From a virus (lineage: Duplodnaviria > Caudoviricetes): a stretch of DNA of 55,624 bases. Positions 1 to 8,514 of this stretch are shown in pieces. Made by a program: the position numbers and the translations under genes. The stretch covers positions 1 through 55,624 of IMG/VR virus record IMGVR_UViG_3300006162_000016, one strand, 5' to 3'. Within the stretch, counting starts at the first letter, position 1. Each line of letters starts with the position of its first letter. The notes beneath the pieces are model-generated. The model was not told the DNA's origin. It made no database searches and saw only the letters and a program-made list of their open reading frames with translations.

Positions 1-218
1 AAAATAATAAGCAATCAATACGAATTATCAATACATTCCTCAAATAATACCACTATCGTTAGTGTCTACATACTCGCTACATTCACACCGTAAACTAGAT
101 CAAATAAAAATAGGATGACGAATGACTGTCATAGTCAAGAGTAAGACTCTATTCCTGATGTGCAATCAGCCGCGAAAAGATTTACAACCTTGTGAGTCAT
201 TATGAGTCAATCGGCCCA

Positions 219-246
219 TTGACAAATCAGGGAATCCGGCTATAAT
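219..246 (+). promoter_or_regulatory. sigma70-type early promoter P1
   Basis: TTGACA (219-224), 16 nt, TATAAT (241-246); AAGGAG RBS before ATG at 285. Confidence 0.8.
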
Positions 247-284
247 TGATTGAGGCTTGAGACGGTACGAAAGGAGATAAAAGC

Positions 285-974
285 ATGAGCTATGACCAGC
301 AGATGACGGAATGGGTCAAGATTCTAAACGGCATGGATAGAAAACCTCTGTATGACTTCGGATGGTCTTTAATCCATGTGCCGGAACCAAGAGACGAAAG
401 GAAGGTGAACCAATGACACGACAAAGAGAACGTCAGTTAGTGAAAGGGTTGTATGAATTGCGTGACCGTCTCACGATGGGTCAAGATTCTAGCGGTAACT
501 CAGAAATCAATCAGCCGGAGATTGACTTAATCAACAAACTCTTAGACCTAACGGAGGTTGTCGAATGAACGCTAAAGAAATCAGGCCGGAGATAGAGGCC
601 GGAGAGGATGAGAGATGGTTAGCAGACTTGGAGAGGATAGCAGATAGCATTTATGAGGCCTTGCAATGACTAACCAAGAATTGTGTATTAAGTATTTACG
701 CTTAGACGCTGGAAAGTATGCGGCATTGCTGTTAGAGCAGAGTTACTTAAAAGGTATAGTTACACCTAATGACTTAAAGAGAAAATGGAAAGAAACCGCT
801 AACCGTCTATTACGTAAAGCTATTGTGAAATGAGGTTTACCAATGACTGATAAAGAGTTAGCCGCCTTTACGGATTGCATGGAAGCTAACGCATGGTACA
901 ACTTGCACGGCCTTAGCATCATTGCCGAGGCTTACTTAGCCCGCACGGAAACATTGCTTAACAAGGAAAAATAG
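285..974 (+). CDS. run of five small early ORFs (285-416, 413-568, 565-669, 666-833, 843-974), hypothetical
   Basis: Read by hand; first four coupled by ATGA overlaps; SD-like GGAG/GAGG/AAGG upstream; most are below the ORF-track cutoff. Confidence 0.65.
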
Positions 975-977
975 GCC

Positions 978-1006
978 TTGCACTCTTGGAGTTTTGGGGG
1001 TATACT
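978..1006 (+). promoter_or_regulatory. sigma70-type early promoter P2
   Basis: GGCC-TTGCAC (978-983), 17 nt, TATACT (1001-1006). Confidence 0.65.
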
Positions 1007-1011
1007 GACTC

Positions 1012-1197
1012 ATGGAAAAGAGAGCCGGAGACTATAGCTTGATCCCTTATACCGCCGGAGAAATGGCGGGCATGTCTCACGAAGAGATGAGCTATCACAT
1101 ACTCAATAAGACCATAGACGCATTGGCGGCAATCGGTGACACAATGGTGATACGCTGGAAATGGTACCGCCTTGCGAGAATGGAAGGGGGAAATTAA
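1012..1197 (+). CDS. hypothetical early protein
   Basis: ORF directly after P2. Confidence 0.55.
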   Translation: MEKRAGDYSLIPYTAGEMAGMSHEEMSYHILNKTIDALAAIGDTMVIRWKWYRLARMEGGN

Positions 1198-1200
1198 ACC

Positions 1201-1383
1201 ATGGAGCATGTGAAGCTGGAATATCTGAAAGGCTCTAAAGAAAAAATGGCATGGGCCGCCGAGCACGGCATAGACGGTAGGATGTGGAATGTGTACGCGC
1301 CGGAAGGTCACGCCTTGCGGCCTTTCCATCATAGCACGCGCACGGTAGAAGGATTGAAAGAGTTAGGCGTGATCCGTGCTTAA
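1201..1383 (+). CDS. hypothetical early protein
   Basis: ORF with AGGGGG RBS. Confidence 0.6.
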   Translation: MEHVKLEYLKGSKEKMAWAAEHGIDGRMWNVYAPEGHALRPFHHSTRTVEGLKELGVIRA

Positions 1384-1477
1384 CTTTTGGGGGTTGTTAG
1401 CTATCATTGTGTGCGCCGTTGTCATACGTCACAATACTAAGGGGTGATATTATGGAGCTTGCCGAGACTGTCACAGT

Positions 1478-1861
1478 ATGGACTATGGGCGGAGTAATCG
1501 GAGTAGCGTTACTGCTATTGGCCTTGACGTTCTTAGCAGACTGAAAGGGGGAATCATGGTACACCATTGCGCCTTATGCGGGCGGATAGAGTTTAAGACC
1601 TTCAGAGAATACGAAATACACCGTACAGACTTTCACGGAATCAAGCCGCCGGAAAGACCGTTGAATGTGACGGGCCGGAGCAAAGAGCAGATAGTCAGAG
1701 AGGCCGAGGCCGGATGGTTAAAGCCGTACATTGTGCCGACGGGAAAAGAGCCTATAGCACACTTTGATGATGCGCCACATTTAGAGGCTTGCCGATGTAA
1801 TGCGTGTTTTCAACGTGCTTTAGATAGGCTTGTCGAATCGTCAGAAAAGGCCTTGCAATAA
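1478..1861 (+). CDS. hypothetical protein with C2H2-like zinc finger (start probably 1556)
   Basis: CALC...H...H and CRCNAC; AGGGGG RBS before ATG at 1556. Confidence 0.55.
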   Translation: MDYGRSNRSSVTAIGLDVLSRLKGGIMVHHCALCGRIEFKTFREYEIHRTDFHGIKPPERPLNVTGRSKEQIVREAEAGWLKPYIVPTGKEPIAHFDDAPHLEACRCNACFQRALDRLVESSEKALQ

Positions 1862-1881
1862 TCGGGAATACCTGATATAAA
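1853..1881 (+). promoter_or_regulatory. sigma70-type early promoter P3, extended -10
   Basis: GGCC-TTGCAA (1853-1858), 17 nt, TGa-TATAAA (1876-1881). Confidence 0.65.
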
Positions 1882-1886
1882 ATAGT

Positions 1887-2048
1887 ATGCCTAAAGTGAG
1901 TATCAAAGAGCTTGAGACGATGAGCACGGAAGACCGTCTAAATAGAATCCGTGAGCGCGTCATAGAGATGTACGAGGAAACAGGAGACGTTAAAGACGCG
2001 CTACTATGGATGTGGCGCGATGTGGCGGCAAAACAAAAAGGAGATTAA
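1887..2048 (+). CDS. hypothetical early protein (53 aa)
   Basis: MPKVSIKELETMS...QKGD read by hand; fills gap between P3 and 2052. Confidence 0.55.
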   Translation: MPKVSIKELETMSTEDRLNRIRERVIEMYEETGDVKDALLWMWRDVAAKQKGD

Positions 2049-2051
2049 ACA

Positions 2052-2309
2052 ATGAACCTTAGACCACTAGGCGCGAATCAAACAGAGGTTACAATCAATG
2101 ATGAGCTTGTGATATTGTTTTCATATCGCACGCCTGTAGCGTGTAGCGTAGTCTTAGACGGAAAATGGCAACATTTCAAAACAGAAAAACATTGGAGCGT
2201 TACCACAAGCCGCCATATCAATAAATGGATGCCGACGGAAACAGGTACCAAGGCTCAAGAATGGTTCGATGCCCTAGCCTCTAACCTTCAGATTGTGGGG
2301 GTGAGATAA
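2052..2309 (+). CDS. conserved-type phage hypothetical protein
   Basis: LFSYRTPVA...WSVTTSRHIN motif pattern of a common phage early family; AAGGAG RBS. Confidence 0.7.
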   Translation: MNLRPLGANQTEVTINDELVILFSYRTPVACSVVLDGKWQHFKTEKHWSVTTSRHINKWMPTETGTKAQEWFDALASNLQIVGVR

Positions 2310-2310
2310 C

Positions 2311-3957
2311 ATGCCTATTGATACCGTCATTGTGTTAAGTCCCTACCATCCGGCGAATGAGAATAGCCATAGAAACGGTAGCGGCACATATACCTATAAT
2401 CCGGCAATCCCTACGCCTATCTTTTCTTTGGGCTGGGAGTTAGAGGCTAACCATAGCGCGACAAGAGTACCCGCCGGAGTACAGACAATCAGTGACGGAA
2501 GTGTAAACGGTGACGGTACCGAGTATGTAGTATCGCCCGCCGTCACACGTTCGCCGCGCTTCGTCTTAGGTCTTTTGAAAGACTTGGTACACGCTCCAAA
2601 ATTGAATACTGATAAATCGTGTGGGTTCCATGTGCATATGAGTATTCAAAATGCAAGCCTTCCGCGCTTGCGTAACTGGGCTATTGCAACGGAAGCACTA
2701 GCCAAGGACATAGAAGACATAGCCTTTAAAGCCGTGCCGGATGCGCGGCAATCAAATAGTTATTGTAGACGGATACAAGAGATAACGGCGGGCACACGTT
2801 TTGAGGCCACAAAGTACAATAACTCAAGGCGGTATCATTGGCTAAACACCGTTGAAATCTTCCGGCCTAGTGGTATCCGCACGTTAGAGGTACGCTTGCT
2901 AGGAAATACCCATAGATGGAAGTATCTTTTATCATGGGTTACATTCTCGCTACTGTTAGGCCGTGAGGGTTGGAAGGTAGCACATAGACCCTTTGAAAGC
3001 CGCCGAGCTTCCGTTAAGATGTTGACGGAAGTATTAGAGGCCATAATTGCCGACGTAAAGCCGCTAGATAAAAGGTCTGAGCCTATACCAGCATGGGTCT
3101 ATAGTCAATTGAAAAGTTTAGGTATTGAATTCAGCGCGTTTGAAAGGCCGTTGATTGCTCTAGCCAATACAGAGGCCGAGCTTGCCGGACGGTTAAAGAA
3201 ATTCTATTCAGACAATCAAGCTACCGAGGAAAATAATAGTAGTGATGACGATGACTCTTGTCCTTGTGGATGCGGTGAGGATGGTAGGTGTCAATCACAA
3301 TGCCATGATGACGGAGACTGCGATAGTAACGATTGTACCTACTGTCATTCTGACGGTAACTGCGGGGGTTCGCCTGACTGTTACGAGTGTGTGCGAAGTA
3401 GACATGAGGATGACGAATACTGCGGGGGTGATCGTTGCCGAGTCTGTGAAAGAAGTCAGCGCGGGCCATGGGCTGTCAGTGAGGACGAAGACGAAGAGAC
3501 TACAGAGGCCGCGCCGTCCGTTGCTACCTCGTCAAACGTGACGATACACACTAGCAATGTGTTACCGTCAGACCGTGCCGGAGTTAGCGGAGTGCTTACC
3601 GCCGAGTCAATGCGGGCCGCCGTCGAGACGTTGCGGGCTCAAAGTGTAGCAGGGCCGGAAGTACAAGAGGCCATGACTACAATGATAAGGGATAGCGTGC
3701 TCTATGGTACTCACAATCCGGCTAGAGTGTGTATTGACGAAGCTAGTACCGTGCGCGTCAATGTTGAACCATTGAACATTGAAGGCCGGACATGGATAGT
3801 AGGAGAGACTAGGACGGGCCGCATAGTGACAAGCGGAATAGATGATCCGGCGAACTATGCGCCGGACATGGAGCAGTTAGCTAACGGCATGATGACGCAA
3901 GACGAGCAGATACAAAGTATGGATAGGTCAACATTCTATAATGGGGGTGATCGTTAA
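2311..3957 (+). CDS. amidoligase (COOH-NH2 ligase, Amidoligase_2-like) with Cys/His/Asp-rich C-terminal extension
   Basis: GWELE, DGSV, EYVVSP, SCGFHVHMS, RYHWLN, TLEVR motifs. Confidence 0.8.
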   Translation: MPIDTVIVLSPYHPANENSHRNGSGTYTYNPAIPTPIFSLGWELEANHSATRVPAGVQTISDGSVNGDGTEYVVSPAVTRSPRFVLGLLKDLVHAPKLNTDKSCGFHVHMSIQNASLPRLRNWAIATEALAKDIEDIAFKAVPDARQSNSYCRRIQEITAGTRFEATKYNNSRRYHWLNTVEIFRPSGIRTLEVRLLGNTHRWKYLLSWVTFSLLLGREGWKVAHRPFESRRASVKMLTEVLEAIIADVKPLDKRSEPIPAWVYSQLKSLGIEFSAFERPLIALANTEAELAGRLKKFYSDNQATEENNSSDDDDSCPCGCGEDGRCQSQCHDDGDCDSNDCTYCHSDGNCGGSPDCYECVRSRHEDDEYCGGDRCRVCERSQRGPWAVSEDEDEETTEAAPSVATSSNVTIHTSNVLPSDRAGVSGVLTAESMRAAVETLRAQSVAGPEVQEAMTTMIRDSVLYGTHNPARVCIDEASTVRVNVEPLNIEGRTWIVGETRTGRIVTSGIDDPANYAPDMEQLANGMMTQDEQIQSMDRSTFYNGGDR

Positions 3958-3958
3958 C

Positions 3959-4882
3959 ATGTGCGGATTATTCGCCGGAGTAGGTAAGCTGTCAAGTAAC
4001 AGGATGATTGCTCTAGGGTCTATGAATGAGGATAGAGGTACCGATAGCGTAGGTATTGCCTACGTCTCTAATAATGAGGTACGCATTGCCAAGGTAGCGG
4101 ATAGGCCATGTGTGGCATTGAATACCACACTACGCAAGGAAGTAACCGAGGCCGCCGTATCTGGTATGTTTATCGGTCACACGCGACAAGCTACACAAGG
4201 TGAGGTGACAAGTGCTAACGCTCATCCGTTTTTAGATGACGGTATAGCGTTCGCGCACAATGGGATAATTATAAATGATGAGGATTTCGGCAAGTATGCC
4301 GTTGACTCTCAGAGCCTTATACATGGAATCAAGGCTAAAGACTTTAGCAAGTATGAGGGATGTATTGCTCTTGTGTGGATTGAAGGCGGCAAGCTGAAGG
4401 CGTACCGTTGCGGCAATCCTCTATACAGAGGCCGTCATAACGGCGGCACATACTTAGCGAGTGAGGCCGAGCAGTTAAAAGCAATCGGCTGTACTCATGT
4501 CCGGCAATTGGCGGAAGGTATGATCTATACTTTCCATGATGCCACACGCTTAACGAATGAGCGCGTACCTAAGAATAAATCATACTCCTATACGGCGGGC
4601 TATGCGTCAACGGGTCTAGGGTCTTCCCTTGCGGATTATGATTACGGATACAAAAGGCCGGAGTATAAGCTAGACGCGCCGAGACTTACAGGCCGCACAC
4701 TGTTAGACAAGGAAGACTTTAGCACATGGAAGGATGAGCGCGACAAGGCGCACGCGACTACAGACTATTGCGACATGTGCGGGGGGAAGAGTGAGCTATC
4801 AGAGGGTTACTGCTTAGACTGTATCATGTGGATGAAAGACATGGAGACGAAAGACGTACCGCCCGCGCTTGAGGTTAGATAA
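3959..4882 (+). CDS. class II (Ntn) glutamine amidotransferase with C-terminal CxxC...CxxC
   Basis: MCGLF start at 3959 giving catalytic Cys1; RGTDSVG, GHTRQAT, NAHPF, AHNGII, DS. Confidence 0.9.
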   Translation: MCGLFAGVGKLSSNRMIALGSMNEDRGTDSVGIAYVSNNEVRIAKVADRPCVALNTTLRKEVTEAAVSGMFIGHTRQATQGEVTSANAHPFLDDGIAFAHNGIIINDEDFGKYAVDSQSLIHGIKAKDFSKYEGCIALVWIEGGKLKAYRCGNPLYRGRHNGGTYLASEAEQLKAIGCTHVRQLAEGMIYTFHDATRLTNERVPKNKSYSYTAGYASTGLGSSLADYDYGYKRPEYKLDAPRLTGRTLLDKEDFSTWKDERDKAHATTDYCDMCGGKSELSEGYCLDCIMWMKDMETKDVPPALEVR

Positions 4883-5220
4883 TGGATGAGTGTATCCGGC
4901 TGCTACACTCTATAGAATTCGTAACCGAGAAATGCGGAGAGATAACCTATAGATGCGTGTCATGTGATAAGACGTACATACAATACAATGATGCCACATG
5001 CGGGCGGTAGGGGTATCAGAGTATCAAAAATAAAAAAGACGGGCCTAGAATCGAAAGCCTCAAGGGGGAATTATGGATGATACCAAAGAAAAGCTAACAG
5101 ATAGAGAATGGCGCGAACGTCTCCGGCTTGCTACAGAATTATTTGAAGACCTGAAGCACCAAGCGTATTTGAATAAAGAAATCTAAAGCCGTCTCATAAT
5201 CTCATAGCCGTATGTGGCTT

Positions 5221-5260
5221 AGAGGCTCTAGGGTTATTCATCCTAGGGCCTTTTAGCTTT
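5221..5260 (+). terminator. intrinsic terminator
   Basis: AGAGGCTCTAGGG-TTATTCA-TCCTAGGGCCTTT stem, then TAGCTTT. Confidence 0.7.
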
Positions 5261-5283
5261 GTACGGATTGACTAGGGGGAAGT

Positions 5284-5682
5284 ATGACACAAGCCGAGAA
5301 AGAATATCAACGGGAATACATGAGACGGTACCGAGCCGACAACCGCAAGAGTATCAATGAGAGAGGACGAGAGTATAGCAAGCGTTACTATGAGGCACAT
5401 AAGAGCGCGTGCAATCGCGCAAGCCTTGACGCTAGATTTAGGCGGAAGTTTGGGCTAACGATTGCCGAGCGTGACGCATTGATACAGGCGCAAGATGGCA
5501 CATGTCCATTGTGCGGGCGGGTCTTCACTAGGTTTGATCGTGCGTGCGTAGACCATGACCATGCAACGGGCCGGATGCGGGGGATTATCTGTAGCTCATG
5601 CAACAAGGCTCTAGGACTATTCAAGGATAGTATTCCGGCCTTGACTCGTGCCATTGCCTACTTGCAAGAGGTGAGGCCGTAA
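5284..5682 (+). CDS. endonuclease VII-family HNH (homing-type)
   Basis: CPLC...CVDHDHATGRMRGIICSSCN..LG. Confidence 0.85.
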   Translation: MTQAEKEYQREYMRRYRADNRKSINERGREYSKRYYEAHKSACNRASLDARFRRKFGLTIAERDALIQAQDGTCPLCGRVFTRFDRACVDHDHATGRMRGIICSSCNKALGLFKDSIPALTRAIAYLQEVRP

Positions 5683-5944
5683 CGTCTCTTTACTTAGACG
5701 TTAAGCCGCCTAACGTCAAGCGGCCTAGACATAAGAAGAGCTTACACTACTGTTAACGTAAATTGAGGACTTGTAATGTAGACGAAAAGTCGGAGGGTAG
5801 CATTTCGCTACCCCGTCAGAACTTTACACAGAAATCGTCAGAAAGACTTCAATTCGGAATTTGAGAGCCAAATACTTTCGGGTCAAAATGGTTCCTGAAA
5901 TAGGAAATCTCGTGGGTGTCACCGTCGAGAAATGAAATTAGGCC

Positions 5945-5973
5945 TTGACAAATCAGGACTTGTCTGATATACT
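5945..5973 (+). promoter_or_regulatory. strong sigma70 promoter P4, extended -10
   Basis: GGCC-TTGACA, 17 nt, TGa-TATACT; GGAGG RBS follows; shares TTGACAAATCAGG with P1. Confidence 0.85.
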
Positions 5974-5990
5974 TAGTGGGAGGAAAAACA

Positions 5991-6170
5991 ATGATGACAA
6001 CGAATGAAGGTGTTCCGGCAGAAGTTTTGAAGGAAAGTAAACGGATGGTCAATCCCGGCTTGCCTGTTTCACGAAAGATGTGGAAGATTGCTTATGACAT
6101 TGTGAGAGATCGAGCCATTGATGAGACACGGTTGTGGAAGCGGAACAACATTACGATAGAGAGGGTATAA
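5991..6170 (+). CDS. hypothetical protein
   Basis: ATG at 5991 after GGAGG. Confidence 0.6.
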   Translation: MMTTNEGVPAEVLKESKRMVNPGLPVSRKMWKIAYDIVRDRAIDETRLWKRNNITIERV

Positions 6171-6475
6171 TGGATATCAATGCTCTGAAGTATTCGCCAG
6201 TGAATCGTACTCACGCAATCGAGATGATGCACACACTTCGGGATAGGATTCTATTGCCGGACGATACGTTGAAAGGTTCACGCTTCAATGACGATAACCA
6301 TACGATGTGGGTATTGGAAAGTCAGACGAAGGAAGAGGAGTTTATCCAAGACCCAGTATATTATGTGTGTCAAGCATTGATTGAATCAGCCAAGTCAGAT
6401 CATTGGTATGCACATGATAAGAGATGGGATGACGATGACTATGGATACGAGGAAGATATGGAGGTTGAGGAATAA
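6170..6475 (+). CDS. hypothetical acidic protein
   Basis: TAATG coupling on both sides. Confidence 0.6.
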   Translation: MDINALKYSPVNRTHAIEMMHTLRDRILLPDDTLKGSRFNDDNHTMWVLESQTKEEEFIQDPVYYVCQALIESAKSDHWYAHDKRWDDDDYGYEEDMEVEE

Positions 6476-6831
6476 TGGAACCGAATCTCTTAATAGTCCT
6501 GCTTGGTACTTGTACAATTACAAGCTACCAGCCTGTGCCCGCCCAGACAAAGCCGGAATGTCGAGATCGGTATCACTGCACGACTTCTATTGACGATGGC
6601 ATTACACAGTATGGAGCTGCAGTCAGTCAAGACTTTCTAAAGAGTGGGACTGTTCACTACGGTGATGTCCTTCAGATTGAAGGTTTGGGTATGCGAGTGG
6701 TAAATGACACGATGAACAAACGGCATAAGAAGCACGTAGACTTGATGGTGTTCAGTTACGCAGAAGAACATAAGATTGGAATTCAACATCGAAAAGTTTG
6801 GGTGATTCGCCCAGAAGGAGCACACAAATGA
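6475..6831 (+). CDS. 3D-domain / double-psi barrel cell-wall protein (putative lytic transglycosylase)
   Basis: TITSY...AAVSQD...YGDVLQIEGLG...VNDT...HVDL; hydrophobic N-terminus. Confidence 0.7.
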   Translation: MEPNLLIVLLGTCTITSYQPVPAQTKPECRDRYHCTTSIDDGITQYGAAVSQDFLKSGTVHYGDVLQIEGLGMRVVNDTMNKRHKKHVDLMVFSYAEEHKIGIQHRKVWVIRPEGAHK

Positions 6832-6969
6832 ATTATAAGCCGCAGCCAACGAAGAAGACAACTCCGAATCGTAGAGCCCGCAAAGGTGAACGCAACACAG
6901 TTTTTCAATACAACCGTTCACTCCGGGGTCGTTTGAATCGTGAACGTCGAGCAGCTAAGGAGCAAACCA

Positions 6970-7332
6970 ATGGCTAAGCGAAAAGATAAACTCGTGCTCT
7001 GGCAGAATGTCAAAGAAGTCCGGGCTAAACCCTGTGGAGAGAAGAGTCCATATTGGTCATGGATGGAGATGACGGCAGCCAAAGAGATTGATGATATTCC
7101 AGCACCGTCAGAACCAGTGTACGATGCACAACTGGATTCAGTTCTTGAAGCTTTGAATGACGGAGCAGAGGATGTGATGACGGCGAAAGAACGAAAGGCT
7201 TTTCAATTGATCGTCAGAGAAGGCAAGACGTATACGGTTGTGGCAAAGTTAATGCACTTGCCTCGTGGTGCCGTCCAGCAGTTAGTGACAAGAGCCGCAA
7301 AGAAATTGCGTATTCTAGCGTCGATTCATTAA
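6970..7332 (+). CDS. sigma70 region-4-like HTH protein
   Basis: [21 protein letters not shown]....[15 protein letters not shown]; AAGGAG RBS before ATG 6970. Confidence 0.7.
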   Translation: MAKRKDKLVLWQNVKEVRAKPCGEKSPYWSWMEMTAAKEIDDIPAPSEPVYDAQLDSVLEALNDGAEDVMTAKERKAFQLIVREGKTYTVVAKLMHLPRGAVQQLVTRAAKKLRILASIH

Positions 7333-7333
7333 G

Positions 7334-7681
7334 ATGAATGGATTTAGAAAACGACTTGCTATTCTCTTAGCGAAGCCAATTAAAGAACCACTAAGAGCAC
7401 GTAGTTCGTGGTACCAAATGATTCAGCGTTGTTACAATCCGAGAAATCAAGGTTTTAAAAATTATGGTGGACGTGGGATAAAAGTGTGTGACCAATGGCG
7501 GAATTCATTTCAAAACTTTCTCAATGACTTAGGAGAAAGGCCACAAGGTCTTACCATCGAAAGAATAAATAACGATGGAGATTATGAACCGGGAAACTGT
7601 AAATGGGCAACGTACACAGAACAGAATAATAACAGAAGACCAGTCTCTAATTTGTGGAGATTACGCATCAAAAAGAGTTAA
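7334..7681 (+). CDS. HNH homing endonuclease
   Basis: MIQRCYNP...[10 protein letters not shown]...[20 protein letters not shown]; AT-rich. Confidence 0.85.
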   Translation: MNGFRKRLAILLAKPIKEPLRARSSWYQMIQRCYNPRNQGFKNYGGRGIKVCDQWRNSFQNFLNDLGERPQGLTIERINNDGDYEPGNCKWATYTEQNNNRRPVSNLWRLRIKKS

Positions 7682-7728
7682 TCTGTAGACAGCAGTTTAG
7701 ACTCAAATAGGACAAGAACGATGCGAGT

Positions 7729-7747
7729 TATCCGGAAATTCCGGATA
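7729..7747. repeat. perfect 9-bp inverted repeat, operator-like
   Basis: TATCCGGAA-A-TTCCGGATA in intergenic space. Confidence 0.7.
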
Positions 7748-7786
7748 GTTCAAGGCTGATGACTGCGCGTATATATGGGGGTATCT

Positions 7787-7999
7787 ATGGACAAACTTTT
7801 AGCGATCTGGAAGAAAGCTCAAGAATTTCTCACAGTCGATGGCGGCTTATACGTTGATGCAATGTGTATCGTCATCATTGTGCGATTGGTTGCGGTATTG
7901 TTTAAAGCTCCCCCGTTAACCGCTTCAGAAGCGGGACTGTGGAGTGTCACGGTTGGTGCGTTTTCAGCGAGTAAATTTGGAGGGCCAAAACAGTCATGA
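7787..7999 (+). CDS. small two-TM membrane protein (holin-like)
   Basis: two hydrophobic segments, basic C-terminus. Confidence 0.5.
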   Translation: MDKLLAIWKKAQEFLTVDGGLYVDAMCIVIIVRLVAVLFKAPPLTASEAGLWSVTVGAFSASKFGGPKQS

Positions 8000-8514
8000 A
8001 ACTTCGATATCAGTTAGGACTACTCATCGTCGGGATACTGGGATGCACGCTGATACTTCAGCGCTGTAACAAACCTTTACCTATCCCGAAAGGACCAGCA
8101 CAAATCTCGTATCAAAATGATACGATTGTGATCAAGCAGAAAGGTAAGCCGGATATCAAAGAGTTTCAACCTGATCCTAAGAGCACAGTCATCACGACTG
8201 ATGATAAAGGGCAAGTAACTGTCAAAGTTCGACAGTTTGGTGTTGGGACTGACTTAGGAGTGGGTATCGGGCTCTCAGACCGCGCTAGAGTGGCGCTGGA
8301 TGACCGCTTTGCCTACTTTAAGCGCTTCGGCGCCAATGCCGGCCTTGGGTTCAGTCTGGATAAGAATGACTACAAGAAGGGCCATTTGCTTGACATTGTG
8401 GACCCTTACGTGGGTGCCAGCGTCGTCCCGTTCGTTGGGATGCCAAATACGTCAATAGTTACAGCGTACACTGTAAGTAAACATGCGTTCATCTTTGTGA
8501 GGGTTCGATTCTAA
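7996..8514 (+). CDS. envelope protein, N-terminal TM/signal plus beta-rich C-terminus ending in Phe
   Basis: MKLRYQLGLLIVGILGCTLIL...; amphipathic strands; FIFVRVRF end. Confidence 0.5.
   Translation: MKLRYQLGLLIVGILGCTLILQRCNKPLPIPKGPAQISYQNDTIVIKQKGKPDIKEFQPDPKSTVITTDDKGQVTVKVRQFGVGTDLGVGIGLSDRARVALDDRFAYFKRFGANAGLGFSLDKNDYKKGHLLDIVDPYVGASVVPFVGMPNTSIVTAYTVSKHAFIFVRVRF

Noticed and set aside
3250-3450. CTYCH as a c-type haem motif
   Set aside because: No signal peptide and a dense Cys/His context; metal binding is more plausible
1-5800. Stop-codon reassignment suggested by TAG-rich early DNA
   Set aside because: Standard-code ORFs tile the region with coupled starts and stops
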